Part shown: piece by piece, positions 53,637 through 64,000 of the stretch | Position numbering within the stretch: the first letter of the stretch is position 1 | Layout of the letters: every line of letters begins with the position of its first letter | Program-made: the position numbers and the translations under genes | Notes under the pieces: model-generated | What the model saw: only the letters and a program-made list of their open reading frames with translations | Told to the model about the DNA's origin: nothing | Database searches by the model: none | Assembly (NCBI GenBank): GCA_964016885.1 | Contig: OZ024743.1 | Coordinates: 152,768,001 to 152,832,000, forward strand | DNA: 64,000 nt | From: Eledone cirrhosa | Lineage: Eukaryota | Direction: 5' to 3'

Positions 53637-55458
53637 ATAACTAAGGAGGTGTGGTAAGGAACCAGATGGACCATAACGCACCAGAGTACTCAATACTTAG
53701 GGTAGTAGTGGGTAATAGGAAAAAGTTTAACCCCGACGGCAGAGCTCAAGCCGTTTCGACGGCTTTTTCTGGACTAAATTAGAATTTTTAGCTTGGTAAA
53801 TAAATAGCCGAGCTTTTCAAGGGGTAATTCCTTATATGGGAAGATTGTAGTTGTCAAAAGGATTGGTCGAAATTTCTTGTAAACACAATTAAATCTTTCA
53901 TGGCAGTGGGTGGGTGGGTGGGTGGGTGGGCTGAACTTGCCTGTAGAACAATAAGGTAGTGGGTGGAGCCGGTCAAGCATTGAAAGTGAATTCTATACAG
54001 CAAATTCTAAGGAAAGTGTAAGAAACCAGGCTAGTTAGGAAGCAGGCAAAATAGGATTCTGAAGGAACTAGAGATTAGAAGAGAATAAATAAATAAAAAA
54101 AAAATAAAAATAATAAAATTAAATAGTAAAAAGTAATAAAAAATCTCTAGAGTCTAAAGCAGCTGCTATATTTAGTTGGTATTGCGTTTTCGGCCAATAC
54201 TATATATAATTTACTGGGGTGAGGGTACTGAGGCTACAAAAGCCCGATGGGATGCCTCGGGGTAGGCTAAAGAGAAAAGGAGAGGGAGTGGAAGGAAGTG
54301 ATAGGAAGAGATAAAGGGAAGAAGAATAGAAAAAGGAATAGAAAAGAAGTACTTCTACCTATGTTAGCTGGAGGTTCCCCTCTCCTGTTCGGCAAGTGGG
54401 GAAAAGAAGAACGTTGCAGCCATTGTCTACCAAACTGGGTCATAAGGGGGTTTGAGGGCTAGGTAAATCCTACGCAATCAATATTTACATGCAGTTACAA
54501 GTTCGTCTTTTTTGTTTAGGAGTTGGTCCTTTGTAAACAGCATTTGTAATGTTTCCTCCGAGCATAAGTTACACGGACAGCGTCCTCCCGTGTAGGAGTT
54601 AGCCCTGGATAGTAAGCTCCAAGTAAGATTGTATGTTCTGTTATTATCTTGGAGGTCCCAGATGTGGCCCAAAAGTGTAGTAACATGTCGCCGGGCCGGG
54701 TTTTGGAACGTATGTCGGTGCTGGTAGAGCCGGGTCTTAAAGTCACAAGCGGTTAATCCTATATAGGCTTTGCTGGAGGTTTCCGTCCCCACGTTGCATT
54801 GGTAGATCACGTTATGTTCTCAGCATCTGTTGTTGAGGGAGCACGTAGATCTATCAGAGCAGTTACACCTCCTGGTCGGCTCTCCACTAATGTCTAGGTT
54901 GTTTCTTCCATATGGGTTGAGTTTCTTGTTGTTTGAAGAGGCGATGTTTTGTGCGAAGTTGGTTGGGGTGCTGTAGGAGAGTTTGATAGTGTTTTTTGTT
55001 GATTCTATTGTGGTAGCGGTGTTGTGGTGGGAAGTGCTTTTTCGAGGAGCCTAAGGAAAATTTTCCCGATTAGTGTTGCCACCTCGGCATCGTGAACCAC
55101 GTTACGTGTCGTGAGCGGCGGAGTCGTCTGCTAGTTCCACTAAGGGAAGCTGGATAAAAGGAGATTTCCTCCCGAAAGCCGCTTCACTTAAGGGACTGGT
55201 GGTAATTGGGCGCATGTTCATCGAATATCTGCTCATTAGCGGACCCACAAGATATGCGGAGTGAGATGTTTTTAACCAGGTTATTGGTGATGTTTCTAGG
55301 ATGGTTAGAGCGGTATTGGATGTGGTGCAGGTTGCCGTTTGGTTTCCTGTATGGGTAGTACAGATCATTTTCGAGGTTGAGGGTAACGTCCAGGAAATAG
55401 ACTCGGGTTAGGGACGTTTGTAGGTTGATTTTAAATCCCCAGTCCCGGAAGAAGTTGA
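53637..55458 (-). mobile_element. Inverted 5'-truncated copy of the Naiad-like PLE
   Basis: Reverse complement of ~56291-58055, extended through sequence equal to 55597-55677; GIY-YIG frame 54478-54810. Confidence 0.9.
53730..53825 (-). ncRNA. Type I hammerhead, U3-A8 core variant
   Basis: ACCCC-UUGAAAA-GCUCGGCU..AGCCGUC-GAAA-CGGC uugagcucu GCCG-UC-GGGGU. Confidence 0.75.
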
Positions 55459-55767
55459 CAACAACAATCTTCCCATATAAGGAATTACCCCTTGAAAATT
55501 TTGGCTATTTATTTACCACGCTAAACATTCTAATTTAGTCTAGAAATAGCCGTCAAAACGGCTTGAGCTCTGCCGTGGGGGTTAAACTTTTTCCTATTAC
55601 CCACTCTACTACCCTAAGTATTGAGTACTCTGGTGTGTTATGGTCCATCTGGTTCCTTACCACACCTCATTCGTTATCTAACTCATACCTCCGTAATAGA
55701 GCACTTTCCGACCCTACCACGCCATATCCTGACTTTTCCACCCAGCTCAACTTTCATTACCCTCACC

Positions 55768-57262
55768 ATGCGAAAACACACTATCGACTTCTCCACCAAG
55801 AACATCCCAGTTCCACCGAGAAAACTTTACCCTCGGATGCTCACGCAAAAAATCGACCTGTTTGCGAAAAGACTGAGATGGAGAACATTTTTCTACGATA
55901 GATACCGCGACAACCAGGACTTCGACACCAAGGAGAGATTCGGATTCAATACCTACAAATCTTCCCCACTGAAGCCTATGCCCTCACTCTTCGAGAACGA
56001 CCTCTTCCACCAAATTCATCCAGTTCGACATAGAGAGTTACTACGCCTCTACTACCTTACCGCTCCTTACGGCCGCTTTGGACTTTACCAAAACACTCAC
56101 ACCCATCACCGACCAGGAAAGAATGGGCGCGACCGACTCGCCCGAGGTGACCGATCTTATAGGATTATTCCTACTATATATCTCACCGAAATGTTTCCTG
56201 CATTTGGCAGTGGGTTGTCCGTGACGATGTGCTCCTTATCCTCAAAGGGTACAACCCCAGTAGTACAGACCGGGTCCGTAAACAACGAATCAACTTCTTC
56301 CGGGACTGGGGATTTAAAATCAACCTACAAATGTCCCTAACCCGAGTCAATTTCCTGGACGTTACCCTCAACCTCGAAAATGATCTGTACTACCCATACA
56401 GGAAACCAAACAACAACCTGCACTACAACCACCGCCACTCTAACCATCCTAGAAACATCACCAATAACCTGGTTAAAAACATATCCCTCTGTATATCTCG
56501 TTTGTCCGCTAATGAACCGATATTCGACGAACATGTGCCTCATTACAACCAGGCCCTCAAGCGAAGCGGCTTTCGGGAGGAAATCTCCTTTTATCCAGCT
56601 TCTCTTAGCGGAACCAGCAGGCGACGCCACCGCTCACGACACGTAACGTGGTTCAACCCTCCCCACAATGCCGAGATGGCAACACCAATCAGAAAAGTTT
56701 TCTTTAGGCTCTCGAAAAACACTTCCCACCACAACACCGCTACCACAACATATTCAACAAAAACACTATTAAACTCTCCTACAGCACCACAACATTGCCT
56801 CTTCAAACAACAAGAAACTCAACCCATATGGAAGAAACAACCTAGACATTAGTGGAGAGCCGACCAGGAGGTGTAATTGCTCTGATGATAGATCTACGTG
56901 CTCCCTCAACAACAGATGCTGAGAACATAACGTGATCTACCAATGCAACGTGGGGACGGAAACCTCCAGCAAAGCCTATATAGGATTAACCGCTTGTGAC
57001 TTTAAGACCCGGCTCTACCAACACCGACATACGTTCCAAAACCCGGCCCGGCGGCATGTTACTACACTTTCGGACCACGTCTGGGACCTGCAAGATAATA
57101 ACAACATACAATCTTACTTGGAGCTTACTGTCCAGGGCTAACTCCTACATGGGAGGACGCTGTCCGTGTAACTTATGCTCGGAGGAAACATTACAAATGC
57201 TGTTTACGAAGGACCAACTCCTAAACAAAAAAGACAAACTTGTAACTGCATGTAAACACTGA
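55768..57262 (+). pseudogene. PLE RT plus GIY-YIG endonuclease pseudogene
   Basis: FSTKNIPVP..RLRW, FIQFDIESYY, MGATDSPEVTDLIGLFLL, (Y)RDD, VNFLDVTLNL, SNHP, WFNPP, CNC..C..C, VIYQ..YIG, CNLCSEE..LNKKD..CKH; frameshifts and large RT deletions. Confidence 0.9.
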
Positions 57263-57944
57263 TTGCATGGGACTTACCTCACCCTCAAACTCCCTCATGA
57301 CCCAGGTTGATAGACCATGGCTGCAATATCCTTCTTTTCCCCACTTGCCGAACAGGAGAGGGGAACCTCCAGCTATCATAGGTAGATGTACTTCTTTTCT
57401 ATTCCTTTTTCTATTCTTCCTCCCTTTGTCTCTTCCTATCACTTCCTTCCACTTCCTCTTCTTTTCCTCTTTAGCCTACCCCGAGGCATCCCATCAGGCT
57501 TTTGTAGCCTCAGTACCCTCACCCCAGTAAATTATATATAGCATTGGCCGAAAACGCAATACCAACTAAATATAGCAGCTGCTTTAGACTCTAGAGATTT
57601 TTTTTATTACTTTTTACTATTTAATTTTATTATTTTTATAATTTTTTTATTTATTATCTTCTACTCTCAATTTATTAACCTATTCTATAACGTTCCCTCT
57701 CTAGTTCCTCCAGAATCCTATTTTGCCTGCTTCCTAACTGGCCTGGTTTCATACACTCTCCTTAGAATTTGCTGTATAGAATTCACTTTCAATGCTTGAC
57801 TGGGTCCACCCACTACCTCATCGTTCTACAGGCAAGTTCAGCCCCCCACCCCCACACCACCCACTGCCATGAAAGATTTAATTGTGTTTACAAGAAATTT
57901 TGACCAATCCTTTTGACAACTACAATCTTCCCATATAAGGAATT

Positions 57945-58040
57945 ACCCCTTGAAAAGTTTGGCTATTTATTTACCAAGCTAAAATTTTTAATTTAGTCCA
58001 GAAAAAGCCTTCGAAACGGCTAGAGCTCTGCCGTCGGGGT
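57945..58040 (+). ncRNA. Type I hammerhead, U3-A8 core variant
   Basis: ACCCC-UUGAAAA-..GGCU..AGCC..-GAAA-CGGC uagagcucu GCCG-UC-GGGGU. Confidence 0.7.
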
Positions 58041-58260
58041 TAAACTTTTTCCTATACATATATATATCATCATCATCATCATCATTTATGTCCACTTTCC
58101 AAACTATCATGGGTTAGATGAGCTGTTCCAATTGAGGTAAGTTGGGTCAGGTGACTGTGTCATGCTCATATAGAATTGTTTCTGGCTAGATTTGTCAAGT
58201 GTGTGATTAACTCCAACCATATTTACAGTTTGTGCTGGGTGCTTTTTGTCGTGACTCCTT

Positions 58261-58357
<97 letters not shown>

Positions 58358-58544
58358 TACACATGTATATATATATATATATATGTGTGTGTATGTGTGT
58401 GTATAATTAGTGCCAGCATCATGAGATATTACTAAATCTTCAAAATCAGTATTCTTTCATTGAATTTATTCAGTCAAGTAGTAGCTTGCAACTTAATTAC
58501 TTCAGTCACTCAATGAAATCAACTCAATTTAATATATTCGTTAA

Positions 58545-58761
58545 CCCTTTAGCATTTACATTACTCTATATTTACTACTATATTTTCATGGGAAAGGCTT
58601 TACCTCACATAATTATTTCACATGATATCGAATCTATGGGATTTTGATATGTTTTTTTAGAACAATACCGTAACAACAGTATAAGTGGTTGGTTACAGCT
58701 AGTTTGCACAGAAGAGGTGAGAGAATTCTGGCTGGTTATGGCCAGTTTAAATGCTAAAGGG
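58545..58761. mobile_element. piggyBac-like MITE
   Basis: TTAA flanks; TIR ccctttagcattta / taaatgctaaaggg. Confidence 0.8.
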
Positions 58762-58926
58762 TTAAAGTGTTTGAAAAAATTTAGGAATATTAGAACTTCC
58801 CATTTTTCTTTTATAAGGCTTTTGTGTTTGTTCAAAAGAGATTCATATTAGAAGTCTTAAGAGTAATAAATGTGGCTGTGTAAGGCTTGAGCTTGAATTT
58901 GATTCCTCTAGTTTATGCTTTTTGTT

Positions 58927-58930
58927 ATAC

Positions 58931-58962
<32 letters not shown>

Positions 58963-58971
58963 ATATATATG

Positions 58972-59029
<58 letters not shown>

Positions 59030-59038
59030 CATATATAT

Positions 59039-59090
<52 letters not shown>
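58927..59090. repeat. Compound (TA)/(TG)/(CA) microsatellite
   Basis: Direct reading; similar tracts at 581-648, 4325-4395, 28755-28821 (GA) and 58261-58404. Confidence 0.95.
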
Positions 59091-59095
<5 letters not shown>

Positions 59096-60017
59096 GGTAT
59101 TAGGTAAGGTATCATGTCAAAGAAATCGTGCTTAAAATGCAATATACTGTCCAGGAAATCAGTAACTGATAATGAACTGACTCGAGCTGCAATGATCGAT
59201 CTAACTGATGCTGGTATGGAAATCGGATATAGAAATGATGATACTGATGATGATGAGGATAATGATCATGATGATGTCGATGCTGCTGCTGATGATAAAT
59301 TAGTTAAAAAACGATGCAGGCAATTTGTTTTAAATTCATTCAAACTGTGACAACAGAAATTTGCATGATAATGAACATTCAGTTGTTCAACCAACTGAAC
59401 ATCTAAGTCATGAATTAACATATGAATAGTTAAGTTTTATACAGATACATATAATAGAATATGTGACAATGCTGTAGCTTTGAATTGTATCTACAATTTA
59501 TTGGATAGTCTTCAACACTTCCATCTACCCAATTTTATTGATAAGGCTTAGATCAACTTGAAATCATGTAAAGAAACTTGCCTAATATGCCACAATGATG
59601 ATGATGATATTGTTGTTATCTTATTTAGCTGAACTCTGATCAAGGCATTCCAAGCAATTATCATTTTGTCTTTATCTTGGACTGACTCAATAACCAATGT
59701 GTCATTCCTTTTGATAAACCAGTAGAGTAATTTGAGGGGGATTTAGCTGCTATTTCTAATAAGTCATGCAACAGCATAGAAGCTCTCATTTTGTTGGCGT
59801 GTGATGATATTGATTATGTTGACAATGGTAATGGTAGTGGTACTTGTTATGACACTCGTGCGAATATTATTTCCATGTTAATTGGATAATGAGTAAAGCA
59901 GTGATGGCACTGAGGACGATGATGATGATGATGACAATGGTGATGATGATGATGATGAGGGGTAGGGGGAGGATGAAGATGGTGGCAGTGGGTCATGATG
60001 GTTCTGACAGTGAAATA

Positions 60018-60202
60018 ATTGTTTCTATTTTAGGCACAAGGCCAGCAATTACCCAGTACATTACTGGTACTTTATTTTATCGACCCTGTAAGGATGAAAG
60101 GCAAAGTTAACCTTGGCGGGATTTGAACTCAAATCATAAAGGGATGTAACTCTTTGCTTCAAAGCATGGTGTCCGACTCTCTACCGATACTGCCAATCCA
60201 CC
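60018..60202 (-). mobile_element. Meta-like tRNA SINE
   Basis: Same family as 2383-2560. Confidence 0.8.
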
Positions 60203-63200
60203 AATACTTGTCAAACAATATTTTGCTTATTAAATTATTAAATTAAATTCACCTTGAAATTTACCTGCGAGATCTTGAGGTAACCAAAGCACAAGGAGAT
60301 CTTATATCTTAAATGCTTTCACACTTGAAAATCTAAAGCTAACTGATACTTATCTAGTAATATGATGAGTGTACTTTTTTGTGTTGTTAATCTTTGCCCT
60401 TAGAAATAATATATTACTTGAAAATATTCTTCTGTATTATGTTGCTAAAAAACAAAAACATAAAAGTAAACAAACAATGAAAACTCCAGCAACTGGAAAA
60501 ATTACTAGTGGCATGAGCATATATCTGATAAAAGTCAAATTGCCTGAAATGGAGACTGCATCTTCATAGAAGTTCCAGTTTTGGTAGGTTATTTACTTTG
60601 ATACTGTTATTATTTTGTTGTTGTTTTACAGTAGTGGTTGTTGTTATTGCTGCAGTGGTTGTTAATATTACTGAAGTGGTTGTAGTTTTTCTTGTTGTTT
60701 TCTTGCTTTTTGTCTAATGAAATAACGGCAGTCTGTCTAAATTTCACTGCCATTAGCTATCAACAGAAGCTGGTTAATGAAGCAGTCCTTGTCATTAAAA
60801 CGAAAAACTTTATTGATCAACTGAACATTTTGAAAAACTAATGTCACCCACAGAGGATTTGTTTACTTGGTTATGGTTTTGTTATTTTTTTCTTATTTCC
60901 ATACATTCTTCACTATTTCATGTAGCACTAGACATTCTAACAGTTGTAATATACACTTATCTCTAATATTCACTTAGTTTAGTGTATATTTGAAGATATT
61001 TCTTCATATTTAATCAAACATTACATACATCTGTGTTGATACATCTGATAATTATTGTCTATTTTTACTATTATACATAAACATCCATACACCCTTACAT
61101 ATATGATACATCGGTATATGTGTGTAAATATCTATATCTCAATATCTATTCATAAAATTATGTTCATCTACTGTGGAGTGAATGTGTGTGCATGAATGCA
61201 TTATTCATTGTCTATGTCCCTCTCTATCTCTCTGTCTTGTTACTTATTATTATTTTCTCTTTTATCTTTCTTTCTTGTTTACAATGTTCATCCACTCCTG
61301 CTGCCTTTGTCCCTTTCTTTCCCTGACTCTTCATTGTTTTCCATACCAGATAATAAACCATATTTTCACTCATCTATACTCAGTATCAGCCTAACTGAGA
61401 AACTGAGTACTCTCAGTACTAATACGATTATTTCCTCTACAATTTCTATTTGTCAAACCCTCCCATTAGTCATGTGCATCTTCAAATTTTCCATCCAACA
61501 TGTGTAGGCTTAGCTATAACCATAGCCAGGTAGTTATGAATTTTGCTTTGCAGCAATGTGATTCTGGTTTCGATCCCACAACACATCATTTTGAGGAAGT
61601 GATTTCTACTGTGGCATTAAGATAATCAAATCCTTCTGAATGAGATCTACTCACCAGGAACTTTCCAGAGTTTGTTTCAGCATGTGTTTATGCTTATTTG
61701 TTTGACAGGACACTATTGTTTCCAAAAACAGTGTTTTGAAAATATCTACCTATTCATTTGACAAAAATAGAGATTGACAAAAAAAAAGTACGAAACCAAA
61801 ATAAGTACTAAGGTTGATAAGATCGTCTAAAACTGTCACACATGGTACTACAACATGGCCACATTCCAATTACTAAATCCATTAAAAAAAAAAGAAAGAT
61901 AATTCATTTTAATTGACCATACCAACAACATAGTCCTTTCCTTTCTTTTTTATATCTTGCGTACATCTGTTAATATATTTGGTGTCTGTTTACTTTCTGA
62001 AATCACTTTCTTGTAAGCTAGTTGTGTATTCAACACACCATAATCGACTTGTTTTTATACAGTCACTATAAATCTTATAAACTGACATTTTTCATTGCCA
62101 CACAGCATTGTGTATCTTATACAAGCACCACAGTCTTCCTTTTATATAGAAATAAATTCCTTTGATGCCAACAGATGTGGCAGTTCTATATACAATTTTT
62201 TTTTGTTTTCCTCAGATCTTAGCCACTATGATATAAGTAACTATACTTCTTTTACAAATTACGTTACTTAGTTTCCAGAACTTATTTATTACTTGCAACA
62301 AGTATCACAACACAATTCAATTTAGTCTTACTTATGCTGTCATATATTCCAGTAAATTTAGTGTGACTAAGTTCTGCCTAATGACAAGTCTGTAAAAGGT
62401 TTGAGTTCTTGTCTACTTCCTTCTCTAGTTGGTGAAATGGCAGTTATTAAGATATCAAATTACTTGCCTTGCAATATTTGCTCCAGCTCTTTGCACTTGG
62501 AGTTCAAATTCAACTGTGGCCTGCTTTACTGTTCATCCTTTCAGAGTAAATAAAGTACCAATCTAAAGTGATAGATTGGCGGAATTTTTAGAATGCCAGA
62601 TGTGATACCTTGCAGTATTTGTTCTGGCTCGGTGTGTTTCGTGAATTCATATCCCACTTCCTGTTACCAGAAAAATGGTGCGCTGATAAGATTGAAGCAC
62701 CTATCATTAAAGCGCTCCAAGAAACTCCTATAACAAAACCCTATAGAAGGCAGGTTAAGCCAATGCAAGGGTGAGCTGTAACAACACCTACTACCTTCTC
62801 AACTAAAATACATGACTATTATTCTGATGCTGAGTGGCTTCTGTGACACTTGTAAATAACTGGTAGTGTATCTTTGCAGATCCTTGAATATTTAAGTATT
62901 TTTGTGCAAGGCATTTGGATACTTTCCAGGTTTTGATCTTTTGCTGAACTTTGGTTTTGCAAGAGAACAAAGTTTGATTTCTAAGGTTCCAATGTACATC
63001 CATTTAAATGGGAGGGTGGAAGCTTCAAGGATTATGATGAAGAGTTTTGATTTCCATATGTATTTCAAATTTGTTTCTGAGGCTGCAGTTTTCTTTAATA
63101 ATTCTTCTAAGCCTTTCAAACGTTGCTCACTCATCTCACTGTGTGCATTTGTTGAATCATAGAAGGCCAAATAAAAGTCTCTTTTAAGTTCATGGATTGC

Positions 63201-64000
63201 CACATTAGAAGATTTCTTCTGTAGTTTTATATTTTTCTCCATGGATTAGTTAGGAGGAGGGTTTGTACCCATGACCTTTACATGCCCTCAGAGACTGGTG
63301 AAATCGATGCATACAAACATAATCTGCATTCAATCTAACTGAACTTTATGTTCTTTTTTATATTCATTGTGATTCGTTTTGTATTTGTTATGACACTTTT
63401 TACCAAAATTCTCACCGTTGGTCTTTAATGTACCTGTTTCAAAATATCAAGATAAAAAGAAAGTAAATGCTTGGAAGAAGTCTTTTAATCTTTTTATCCA
63501 GCACATTAGTGCTTGGTGTAGAGATAAATGTTTTCTTTCCACACGTGCATTAGAAGTTAAATATTCATTTTCAATGTTGCAAGCGTTTGGAAACTACTAA
63601 AAATAGTGTGTAGTTGGACTGAATATCAGTATGAATCTGAAGGGTATGTAGTTAGAGTTCAAAGCAAATGAAATATTTGAATAAAGGTTTGTTTATATAA
63701 GAAGAATAATAGACATGTAATTAAGGTTAAACATGAAGACTATGGTAAGATGTGATGTGAATTGATAATCATACAGAATGCGTATCAGTTAATTTAGTGT
63801 CTGTGCCTAGATTAAGCAATCTAACATGAGAAATGAGGTGTAAATTAAGAGAGACCATGCAAATGACTTTGAGCTATATTTATTTGGAAACATAGAAACA
63901 GAGTTGAACAAGTCTTGACAAAATCTGAAGAACACTTAATACATCAACCATGCACCAAATCACATGGGGTATGTATGTTATCCAAATTTCATTCCACCGC

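Larger units (their letters stand above)
55455..58055 (+). mobile_element. Penelope-like retroelement (Naiad-like), internally deleted, with direct terminal repeats (pLTR)
   Basis: 55455-55596 repeats at 57913-58054; HHR in each (55487-55582 mutated, 57945-58040). Confidence 0.9.

Noticed and set aside
58176-59142. ORFs rich in YI/CV/HT (also 4237-4522, 21018-21222, 28689-28880)
   Set aside because: Translations of dinucleotide microsatellites

Overview
AT-rich, microsatellite-dense eukaryotic DNA with no recognisable host exon. The repeat mix of (GAT)n-tailed RTE LINEs, Meta-domain tRNA SINEs and long (TA)n tracts suggests an octopod cephalopod, which is an inference. Nearly all coding potential is transposon-derived: several 5'-truncated RTE LINEs with a C4HC3 finger, one almost intact CR1-type ORF2, a mariner split by an RTE, a Helitron, hAT and piggyBac-type MITEs, and Penelope-like (PLE, Naiad-like) elements. 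The signal the ORF track misses is RNA structure. By eye I find about 13 complete or near-complete type I hammerhead ribozyme (HHR) motifs plus 5-6 half or decayed ones, from about 10 unrelated sequence families, mostly in asymmetric palindromes abutting (TA)n. The best case is a young non-coding element at 3052-4328. Its 591-bp monomer is delimited by identical HHRs with the compensatory U3-A8 core (UUGAUAA) and is followed by an inverted copy that reads through the monomer junction. The same architecture and a U3-A8 core (UUGAAAA) recur in a coding Naiad-like PLE at 53637-58055. Together these suggest a retrozyme-like, possibly circular-RNA, non-autonomous system mobilised by PLEs. All folds were assigned by manual base-pairing; no activity or database search was done.
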